Positions 26,301 to 38,300 of a stretch of 64,000 nt of DNA are shown here, piece after piece (position 1 is the first letter of the stretch; the number at the start of each line of letters is the position of its first letter). The notes under the pieces are model-generated. The model worked only from the letters and a program-made list of their open reading frames with translations. It was not told the origin of the DNA and did not search any database. A program made the translations under genes and the position numbers. Source of the stretch: Podarcis tiliguerta. Lineage: Eukaryota. Location: the NCBI GenBank assembly GCA_965153285.1, contig OZ229111.1; one strand, given 5' to 3'.

Positions 26301-29300
26301 ATCCGCATGAGATCTCGCTATGAAGAAGTGGTTGATAGCAGTTTATATAGTTGGGACTTTCTACAAGAAACATGAAGAGCAACAAGCACATTGTATATAG
26401 CCACTTACAGTGCTGTCATGCTGCCTACTATTTCCTAGCACAGCTCAGCTGGAATTGCCAGGCATAGGGAAAATAATTCACCTTCCATTTGCCTGTAAGT
26501 GACACAATATCAGAGCCAAGAAAAGTTCAGCCCTGCAAGGAAAAACTCCCACCGAAAATTAATAGGTTAGTAGGTTAGTTTAGATAAAGAGAATCCCCCA
26601 CCCCCTTCTTATTCCACAAACTTTATATCTTAAAGTCAGACACCAGACTCTTTCTTTTTACCATTTAGGGCATTGATGGACCAAAAGGAGAACCTGGCGC
26701 TCCCTGTGAGAAGGATCTTGTAAGTTGTAAACATACTGAGAGTGACATATGTTTCGTTTATCTCTTCTATTTCATTTATATCACCATTAAGAAATGATCA
26801 CAATGCAAATACAAAGTAACACAGAGCCAGTAGTAAAACATACTTTAAAATTCCCAAATCCATTACATCATACAAATCAGCAGTAAGATTAAGAGGCTAT
26901 TGGAGATACACATATGCCTCTCATTTCCCTGAATGGCCTGCCATGCCATCTTTGCACACACCCATCAGCAAGGCATTGGGGAGAACAGAGCACTATTCAG
27001 CCTGTGGGTATTGGTTGCATGTGCATACTGCACCCATAATAACCTGGAACATGCTCATTATGTGTTACGTTAGCTTTTTTTAAAGAATGTTTTTTTTAAA
27101 AAATTGACTTTTAAAAAATACTTTTTTTATTTAATGTTCTTTTAAAAAGTTTTTATTACCGTATTTTTCGCCCTATAGGACGCACTTTTTCCCCTCCAAA
27201 AAGGAAGGGGAAATGTGTGTGCGTCCTATGGGGCGAATGCAGGCTTTCGCTGAAGCTTCAGGAAGGCTTCAGGAAGCTATCTGCTAGCCATGGGAGCTAG
27301 CAGAGACCTTGCCAGCACCCAGAAGCTTGGGGCGCGCTGAGCTCCGCACTCCCCAAGCTTCGGGATTGGCGCAGCGCTCCGCTAGCTGTGGGAAAGCCGC
27401 GCGGCTCTCCCACGGCTAGCGGAGACCTTGCCGGCACCCAGAAGCTTGGGGCGCGCTGAGCTCCGCACGCCCCAAGCTTCGGGATTGGCGCAGCGCTCCG
27501 CTAGCCCTGGGAGAGCCGCGCGGCTCTCCCACGGCTAGTGGAGACCTTGCCGGCACCCAGAAGCTTGGGGCGCGCTGAGCTCCGCACGCCCCAAGCTTCG
27601 GGATTAGCGCAGCGCTCTGCTAGCCCTGGGAGAGCTGCGTGGCTCTCCCAGGGCTAGCGGAGACCTTGCCGGCACCCAGAAGCTTGGGGCGCGCTGAGAT
27701 CCGCACGCCCCAAGCCTCGGGATTGGTGCAGCGCTCCGCTAGCCCTGGGAGAGCTGCGTGGCTCTCCCAGGGCTAGGAGAGACCTTGCCGGCACCCAGAA
27801 GCTTGGGGCGCGCTGAGCTCCGCACGCCCCAAGCTTCGGGATCAGCGCAGAGCTCTGCTAGCTGTGGGAAAGCTGCGCGGCGCTGCGCGGCTCTCCCACG
27901 GCTAGCAGAGACCTTGCCAGCACCCAGAAGCTTGGGGCGCGCTGAGATCCGCACGCCCCAAGCTTCGGGATTGGCGCTGCGCTCCGCTAGCCCTGGGAAA
28001 GCCGCGCGGCTCTTCCAGGGCTAGCGGAGACCTTGCCAGCACCCAGAAGCTTGGGGCGCGCTGAGCTCCGCACGCCCCAAGCTTCGGGATTGGCGCAGCG
28101 CTCCGCTAGCCCTGGGAGAGCTGCGTGGCTCTCCCAGGGCTAGGAGAGACCTTGCCGGCACCCAGAAGCTTGGGGCGCGCTGAGCTCAGCGCGCCCCAAG
28201 CTTCGGGATTGGCGCAGCGCTCCGCTAGCCCTGGGAGAGCCGCGTGGCTCTCCCACGGCTAGCGGAGACCTTGCCGGCACCCAGAAGCTTGGGGCGCGCT
28301 GAGCTCTGCATGCCCCAAGCTTCGGGATTAGCACAGCGCACCTGGGGGGGAAATAAAAATTTTTCCCTTTATTTCCCCCCAAAAAAACTAGGTGCGTCCT
28401 ATGGGCCGGTGCGTCCTATGGGGCGAAAAATACGGTAATTGCTTTGTTCTCTATATTTCTTCAGAGCATTTTCATTCACCAATAATTATTTTTCATTCTA
28501 AATGTGTTGTTTTTTTATCATGCCCATACAAGTCTGTATTCTGTCAAATCACTTCACTGTGTAACAAAATCCATAGGTGCAGATTATAGCTGAACCAGGA
28601 CCTCCTGGTGTTCCAGGTCTACCAGGTCCACCAGGCCCTACAGTAAGTCTTCTGTTTTAATACTCAGATTATTTACCAAGTTACAATCTCTGTGGCTCTA
28701 ACCTATCCAGGGAGGTTTGTTTTGTGTGCAGATCAACAACCTTTGATGATGAGTGTACAAATCTAAAATACTTAATCACTGAGTTGTTGCAATAAAATCA
28801 ACTTAGTACTTTAGCAAATGAGATAATTTTATCTCTAATATTTTATCTACTTTTTCTGTGGGATAAGCATGGAATAACACCCGGCAGAGTTGGGAGCCAA
28901 AAAACAAAACCCCATAACAAGGGTTTCCACGCAGCTATGAAATGATTCCTTGTGAGACGTAAAGTGTTTGTGATGGAATGGAGTGCTAAAGGCCCAAACG
29001 TCACACTGCGCACACACAGGATAGATGCTGTGCTGAGAGCATGCCCAGAACAGCTAAGCTTCATTAAGCTTGGATCCCAATATGCTCAGCAGGCATTTTA
29101 CTGCTGACCCTAGTTGTTTGACAGGAAGGTTGATCCCACTGACTATATATAGGAGAGATCCAGATAGGCAAACGTTTCCTTTGATATAATTAGCCATTAG
29201 ATCAGATCCTAAACCTTCCAGCAGATGGCAAGCCCATACCAGAGCATTGACTTGAGGTACGTAAGTGGACTGTAAGAACTGCTGTGTGGTAATTTCAGCA

Positions 29301-32300
29301 CATATCTGGGGAAGGGGAATTTGGGGGTCCAGGTTGAATAAAAAGTGAACAATGTACACTGTTAAACACTTTCAGTCTTAAAATTTATTTCTCTTTGTTA
29401 CAACTGTTTGAATGTGGACATTTGTAGCGACACACATATTGGTGATCACAGATTGGTAAGACATTTTCCAGAAAAGGATGCACATTGCCATAGGAAGTAT
29501 ATTTATGGATATTTGGCAGGGGACGGTGAAGTCAGGGTAGGCTCCTTTCTACAATTTTAGAATCCCTGACAACTTCATTATACATAGTTAGATCAAACTT
29601 CTATTTTGTTTAGATTGGGGTGGGTTTTTTAACCCATGATAATGGGGTGGGGATACAAACAAATGTATTCTACCTAGAGAGGAAGTCTGATAGCTGTGTG
29701 TACAAAATGAAAGATGTACTAGGGATACTTTAAGCATTCTTTAACAAATGAACTATTGCTGTCTTTAGGGTCCTCAAGGAATACAGGGGCATAAGGTGAG
29801 TCTATTACCTAAATGCCATGTGGTTTTTCCAACCTACGTTAAATATCTTTGTTGAGATCATGGCATAGTAATATGTGCCCTTGCTTGAAATTCTGCTATT
29901 TTACTTCTTGCTGAGTACAATTTATTCATGTTATTTAATTATATTGTTGCCAAAGGATACACACTTGAGCCTATCCCTACAGATTTCTTGGGAGGGGAAT
30001 GTTATCCTTCCCTTTCTTCCTTCAGTTATTTTTAATGTTAAGGCAAATAACTTTTACATTTGCCTTAGTCCATGAATGATGCTTGATACCATTTTCTCTT
30101 GTAATTATTTTTCAGTAGCACCTTAGAGACCGACTAAGTTTGTTCTGGGTATAAGCTTTCATAATAATATATATATATCATAATTTATTATTTATACCCC
30201 GCCCATCTGGCTGAGTTTCCCCAACCACTCTGGGCGGCTCCCAATCGAGTGTTAAAAACAATACAGCATTAAATATTAAAAACTTTCCTAAACATGTGCA
30301 TGCTTATACCCAGAACAAACTTAGTTGGTCTCTAATGTGCTACCGGACTTTAAAAAAAAAAAAAATCTTGTAATTATGAATCTTTAAAAAAAATTAAGGG
30401 GAGATATATTGATCAGTTAATCCTTTTGTATATTGGCCAAAATACTGCGGCATTGCCTACTTCAACAGCAAACTAAAAGTTGACAAATAAATAAATGATA
30501 GGTAACATCAAGAACATGCCGAGACATTTCGCTTCACTGTTTCCTAGACCTTCCATGATTCTGTGTCCTCAGCATGTCAGTCACCTTCTGGCTGTTCAAA
30601 CTCCCTTTAGAGTTACCATTTATTGACACTATTTTTAATACATTTACTGTTAAATTTTATAAGACAAATGGGACATGACATAAGCTACCAGTTTTGCTCT
30701 TCATCTGTTTTCCCTGTTCATATTTAAAGAAAGGGAAGTGGTAGGATGTAATTTTTTATGACAAGATTCAGAAAAGATGAACTGAATGGACCACTTTGCC
30801 TCTCATCCCCATTTTCCCCAGAGCAGTGGGGTATGGCAGGGCCAGGATTGAGCTACCTTTACCAACCAATCTATAAAAATTAAACACACAGCCTCACTTT
30901 AGAGATGAACAAACATGGCTGCCCCCTGGTTTTTCTCACTTGGCTTTAGGAGTTGATATTTCTGTCTGAAAGGAAAATTTCCATGCTCACAGCTTCCTTC
31001 CACACTGAAATATAATGTAGATTTCTAAAGAAAAATGCAATGGGTTATATATGGTTTCATCTTAAAGAATACTTTTAGAATGTTAACTTTAAGACGTTCA
31101 CCATTCACCAAAACCTGGTGTAGAACAACTGCATTTAAAGTTCTAGCTTTGTGCCTTATTCTTTTCAGGCTATAGGTTGGCCAGTAACATACTAAGATGA
31201 CAGCATTCTAAAAAAGAAAAAGAAAAACAGTTAGGCCTGTCTACTGTAGCCACATCATCTGAATTATGCAGGCATATTTGCATGAGTGGCTTCTGTTTCT
31301 CTCTACATCTAAATAAAATGTCTGAAAGATAAATATTATGGCACAGGCATTGAGGATTTGAGGATAAGGCTTGAATTACAGATCAACTTTCCCCCCAACC
31401 TCCCTTGTATTTTCTTTTCTCATATGCATCATTGATATCTTGCAGGGTCCCCAAGGAATTCAAGGACACAAGGTGGGTGACTAAAATTGTGCACACCATT
31501 TATGAATTGAACTGGAACTGAGCACAAGGACAAACCACTTTGACCACTGAAGACTAACTAAGCTTATCCTAGAGCAGACCCTGCCCTACAATTAGGCACA
31601 CCCACCCACCTCTGTCTTCCCACAGAAGGGTAAGGCCAGGGGCCTTGGGTGAAAATAACATGGGAGGCTGACCCTGCTGCCTTCCAGCATCTGCTGACAG
31701 AGCTGGCTGTCTCATTTGGCCTAATCGAGAGCCAGTGTGGTGTAGTGGTTAAGAGCGGTAGTCTCATAATCTGGGGAACCGGGTTCGTGTCTCCGCTCCT
31801 CCACATGCAGCTGCTGGGTGACCTTGGGCCAGTCACACTTCTCTGAAGTCTCTCAGCCCCACTCACCTCACAGAGTGTTTGTTGTGGGGGAGGAAGGGAA
31901 AGAAGAATGTTAGCCGCTTTGAGACTCCTTAAAGGGAGTGAAAGGCGGGATATCAAATCCAAACTCTTCTTCTTCTTCTTCATAAGAACCCAGGTTGAGA
32001 TCTTTCAGTCACTTCCCAATCTACCACCAGTCAAATTCCTTTCTGATTCAGACCATGTGAGTTTCAGAAACTAAGCAAGAATTCAGGAATGGAATTATAC
32101 TGTTCATAACTCATAGCTTTGGTTTGAAATTTTCTTATGCAATCTATTTTTTAAAAAATGCTTGTATAACTTTATATAAGCAAATAAAGGGTATGTTTGC
32201 ACTTGCCCTTTCCCACAAAATCCGCTGCTGCTGCTGCTGTCACCAAGATCAGTGTTTCATTGTTCTACTATCTCTCCCCACCCTGCAATCTCTTGTTCCT

Positions 32301-35300
32301 CTGTAAACAGGTGCCAAGGCTGGTAATGTGCACTCTTGGTCTGGTGCATTATTATAATAGAGCTTTTATTTGTATGTTGACTTGCATTTCCTTTAGTATT
32401 TTTAAAAGATGCCTTGAGTGAAATTTTGATAACATGAAACTTCATTTTAACTTAATTGAAAAAAATGAATTGGGCATAAAGCAAGTGATTTTTTTTTAAG
32501 ACCAGCTAGTTGAAACCCTAATAAATGTATTTGTTTTTATGCAGGGCTCAGATGGTGCAAAGGGTGCAAAAGGTGAAAGTGGTCATAAAGGTGAAAAAGG
32601 TGTCCCTGGGCCACATGTGAGTAGTAGTATAAAATCTGCAACTTCCTTGTGCTTCATCAGAAAGCAGAAAGCAGAAAGCAATATTCCAAGCCTTTTTCTA
32701 GTAGTTTTCTTTTCTCTCTAGGGTCCTGCTGGTACTCCTGGGCTTATCGGTTTACCAGGCACCAAAGGGGAGAAGGTAAGAACGCATATGGATTTGTTAT
32801 AGGAAATGGGTTAACGCGTTCATCCACCACAGTCCTCCAAAGGGATACGAAATGACTCATAACTGTATTATTTTTTATTTGAAACTACTAAATTTTAATG
32901 AAGTAGAAAGCTTCTGTGTTACATAAAAGTTCCTTACAGGCAAACTTAAATTGTTTTCTAAGTATTATTGTAATGGTAGAGAATTTGATAAGAATAGTTA
33001 TTGAGCCCTACATGGAAATTTAAAACAGATTTCAGAAACCTTTTTGAAACCTCATGTGGTCTTTTTCTCAGACCCTTTCCATCAGTGTTGCAGCAGTGAT
33101 AATTCTGATTGTCTGCTTACAGTAAAAGTGCATGTGATTAGCTTGTCCAAACTATAGACATCATATCTGAGTCAGTGGTAAAATTCTGCAGTTTTCTGTT
33201 TTGTTTTTTAAACGATTCGTCTGTGGAAATGGAAAAAGTGGGAAATGGAAAAACAACAACACAATGATAGTATTTCCTCTTTGGTTGCTTTGTGTTACTA
33301 AAATTACAGAAGTTCTGTTAAAACAAAAATGTGTGTATTGTCCAGATGCTGTACACAGGGGCCAGAATCCAGTCAGCAAAGCACTTTTTATATGGATTTC
33401 AATGGGAGGGAGCTAGGTATCTGCTTAACATAAATGTAACCCGCTTAACATGGGGGAAAATTCAACATCACACTAAGGCAGTTGTTCCATCAGGGGAAGC
33501 ATTTTGGCTTAACAGACAGAATGATATCCTCCTTCTGTGTGCTGTTGTGGACGTTATCCCAACCACCCCCACCCCCAAGCCAATTCAGGGCAGCACTGAA
33601 ATTGTTTGTACAGGGTAAGGAGGGGAGAAGCCCCATTTCACAAGCATAAGTCCTTGCGCAGGACTTCCTCTGACGGGACCCATTAGTTGAATCCTGTGGT
33701 TTCCCACTCTCACCAGTTAACTGTCTCCATTTCTTTCTCTTAACCCTAGGGAAAGCCAGGGGAACCAGGATTAGATGTAAGTAATGAGTATACTATCTAT
33801 ACTATCAGCATGTCAGCAAACAATGCAGGAAGCAATTAAACAGAATTTTTCATGCGTTATAAATGATTAGTAGAGGGAGGGGTCATGACTGTGTAGCAGG
33901 AAAAATGCTTTCATCTCAGGTTAAGCCTTTTCTGGCCAAGGGTCTCTGGTTGCATTGTCAGAAGCAACTTCCACCACCAATCCTAAAGAGTCCTTTGCAA
34001 TCATAACAGATGCTAATACTGCTGAGGTGGACCTGTTGCCTGATTTGGGGTGGATCTACACTTGTCTCGCTGCAGAGCAATGAACCACTGATAAAGGGAA
34101 ACTGCCACTGAACCTTAGAGAATGTTCAGTTCAATAACGTTTAGGTCAATGTAGATGCAGCCTTGGTTTATACCAAGGTGAAAGAGGTGTCCCTGGGCCA
34201 CATATGAGTATAAGTATAAGATCTGCAACATCCTTGTGCTTCATCAGGATAAATGCTTTAATAGCAATATCCCAAGTGATTTTTTTTGCACTTTGTAGTG
34301 AATCACAGCCTAGCTTTGTTTTTAATGCTGAACTTTATAAATGGTGTTAAGCAGTTCTGGGCTTTGTATGAGGAAGAGTAGGGTGCAAGAAATAAACAAA
34401 CAGTTCTAGTACAAAACATGCACATACTTTTTTTCTGAAAATGTTTCGTTGTCTCAATTCATAGTGGTTGCTTTTAAAAAACAACAACCTTGTTTTTCCT
34501 TTTCCTCATTACCAGAACTATTTGGCACTAAACACATACTTTTTTCCCCATGTTGCTCTTATAGGGTTTCCCAGGCCTAAGAGGAGAAAAAGGAGAAAAA
34601 AGTGAGAGAGGAGAAAAGGTCTGTATTGCTTCTAATTCATCTGTTCACACACAAAAAGTCCATACTCACTGACAACATCCCCTAAAATAAATGTTGACCC
34701 TCATCTACATAAATGGTACTAGATGATTTGTCATTATAGAGTCTTTTAATACTGGAGATCTATTTACTGCATATCTGAACAGGGCCATATATTTCACCTT
34801 TAATCTTTGAGGACAGGGGAGCCCAACTATATCTTGTTCAATTGAAGGTAGTTCAAATTTGCAGAAATATTATGTGGTCATATGCCAGATTTTGTAGGTG
34901 AATGCATATGCAAGGCAAAAGTATAAAGCATTATGAGCAGTAACCAGGTTTGTTCTTGATGTCCCACTTTGCTTCTCTCCTACCCCTGATTCCGCTGCCA
35001 TGCTGCCAAGAGCAAAACCATAGTCTGGCTAAGCACTACATCCAAACCCAGGCAGCTTAGTAGGTTGCTGCTCACCAAATGAACCATGAGTGCTAACCAA
35101 GGTTTGTTCTTAAGTGACCACTCATGGACTGCATTCACACAGCAGGTTATTCTTTCTTTCCGGTACTTCTCTGTTAATTTCTATATTATATTTGAGCTTT
35201 CACATGATATATAAGCCACTTATATAAGTCTATAACACAATGCAAACAGGTGGACGCTAAATTCATGACTTAATAAGTGGTATTTCTCTCACTCCAGTCT

Positions 35301-38300
35301 TTCAGATTATAAAAGAGCTTTGATTTTTCTGTTGTGTCACAGGGAGAAAGAGGACTTCCAGGTAGAAAAGGAGCAAAAGGGCAAAAGGGAGAGCCAGGGC
35401 CGCCTGGATTGGATCAGCCTTGTCCAGTGGTATGGTTTGATATTGCTGGGAATATATGTTTGCTTTAAATTATCTTCGTTGCTTTTTGACATCTGAAGCA
35501 CAAAAAGGTTTCTGGAGGCAGACTCCTTTGAATTTGGATAATGGCAGAAGGCCAATAGTTCCATCTCACTGGCCTTTCTTTTTATCATGATGCTGGAATG
35601 TCACTTTCTTGATGTACATGTTTTAGGGTAGACACAAAATGGGAAAGGCACCTCATATGCAAATCAGCAATCAAAGAAAGGAACCCATGAAAAAAACAAT
35701 GTAACTGCTCACTGAGCTTAACAGTAGGAGGACAGAACAGAAACCAAGCACACAATAGGCACAAACAGATGGTTCGTTCTTCAAGCCAGTTTTGATTTAT
35801 TTCAGTCCTGTATACAGGCAGTGACCATTTTTGGCATGTCTGATATGTGCGCAACTGCGTACAATGTGCCAAACCCAGAAGTGACAAAAAAACACCACAA
35901 AAAGGGACGGGGCAGCCTTAAATATCTTGAATATCATGGACAGGCATGTGGGAGTCACATACCGGTGGGTGTGCCCACAGACGAAAATCATTGGAGCGAT
36001 GGATGTGACTCTTACATTAGGCTGCATTTTGGCCATGCAAAAGTCAGACGTTCTACACACACCTGTCTACCCTACCTCCAGGCAAGCAAGAGGCATCCTT
36101 GCCGTTGAAGGACACAAGGAAAGCAGCCCCAGAGGGTGTGGGGACAGGGCCAGTGAGGGGTGTGGCCTGGGGAGAGTACAAAGGGCCGGATAAGGGAGGC
36201 CTGGAGGACCACATTTGCCCTCCAGGTCAGAGATCCCCCATGCTTAACATTTCTGTAAGCTTCTGAATTATTTCTTCACTTTTTTCTGTTCCTTCTTTCC
36301 TTTTGCTTTCTTATAAACTTTTCTGTGTATTTCTCCATTTTCAATTAACAGTTCATTTTTAAAGGGGAGCCAGGTTTACCTGAACTGGATGGTGTGGAGA
36401 TGCTCTGCCCTTTGGTATAGTATCCCCCCTTTCTTTCTTCTTTTGCATGACTTTTTCTGCATAACTTAGCCCTTTTCTTGCATAACATAGTCTTTTTCCG
36501 CTTTCTCCCTTCCTTTCCCTCCATTCTTTTATAGGAAAATGTGGCCAGAATTTGTCAGGTGTCTGTATGACTTGTGAAAGACCAAACGTTGTACAGACAT
36601 ATGGAAGAACTGACATTTCACAAGCCGGGGCATGCTCCAGTTCGTTCCACCCAGATTCATGCCGCGTTGTGAAACTAAATGCTTATATATTTTTAATTCT
36701 AGAGTCTTGCTTTGTAGCCAAAGGTCTGTCACACACACACACCCCCCCAAGAGCATTGCTGGATCTATAGAGATATAAAAAATGCCATTAAAATGCTGTT
36801 GGGGGGGGGAACGACGACGCTCCCAAGGTATCTGCCATTGACTTTAGATTTTGCTCTATAGCACCATCTAGTGTCACATTTTTATAATGCATTTTTAGCA
36901 TTATAAATTGACCTGTGTAGCTGATTTGCAAGAAAGAAAATGGTTTGCGAGCAAGGAAAGTATTTTACAATTGATAGCCAGAAACTAAACCTGGAAACAG
37001 TATGGATAATATGCAAAGAATGCTTTACCTAAGATAGGTAGGGAAGATGTTCATGCCTCTGCTTGTCCATTGGCATTATACTTCCCATTTTGAAAGACAG
37101 CCATTCACCAGTCAGTCTCCCATGTCACAAAGTTGAGCTAAGAGATACTGTCTGAGAGTTGCCTGAAATAATTTTACTTATATTGGTATTGAGTTTATCC
37201 TTGTATAGCTCTTTCCTCCCTTCATCAAACTCATATTACAGCATGAAACAAAACATATTAAAATAAAAAAACAAAATTTGCTTTAATACGGAGAGCTGAT
37301 GAATTTTTTAAGCAATTGTTTATGAATTTGTTTTATTTGTGAAATACATGGAATGTGATTTGTTCCTACATACCTACTTTTCAAACACAGCACATGGTTT
37401 TTGTATGGATATTTCCAATACGTTTATGGTAATGGTAGGTCTTGCAGATCCATCATATATGGGTGTGTGTGTGTGTGTGTTGCTGTTATGATACACTTAG
37501 TGCTTTCCAAGAATACAAAATTGTTACTTACTTTTTGCAGGGACCAGATGGATTACCAGTACCAGGATGTTGGCACAAGGTATCGTACCCTACCTTAGAT
37601 TTTCTCTTCGGCTTGAATTAAGATAGTTGCTTAGCAAGAGTAATAGCATGGAACTAATACATAATAGAGCTATTTTGTAAAGGAAAAGGGGGGAAAGGAG
37701 GAGAAAATGAACTGAGGCAAATGTAGATATCTTTGCTAAATACCCGATATTAATATAGCCATCATAGAGGGATTAGACCAAAGAGACAAGAAACTCAGCA
37801 TTTTGCTTATGAAATTATGACTAAAATTAATTGGTCAGGAAATATGCCAACTTATTCCTGCTTGATTCTATCTTTTTGATTCTATGCCTGGCAAATAAAT
37901 CTGGTTTTATTTCCATTTTAATGCTGACTTTGCATCTTGCTTTCATGTCTGCATTATGCTATATATTTTTTAAAAAAACATTTAGATTAGTGCAAATTTA
38001 GGGCAGAGCTGCCCATGATGGTGGCAAACCAGTGTCCTTGAATGCAGGCCACAATCCACAGCAGTAAAATTGTGCTGGCAGGCAGCAATTTCTATGAGAA
38101 GCAGAAGGTGAAAGTGGGCCCTCACCATAACCCTCTTCTTAAGTTATTTTTCTGAGTCAGGTTTTAATACTAGAGCTGCATCAATTTTGGATTTCCATAC
38201 AGGGGGAAATGGCTCTGCTGCCATGGCTGCTGAGACTCTTTCTGCAAATACTTCATGCTCCCCCACACCTATATGACACTTTTCAATGGGCATAAAGCCA

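Noticed and set aside
27739-28438. Repetitive ORFs in the 119-bp array
   Set aside because: By-product of a GC-rich, stop-poor tandem repeat inside a TIR element.
31729-31800. tRNA gene (A/B boxes)
   Set aside because: It is the head of a SINE present three times in the window, with core and (CTT)n tail.
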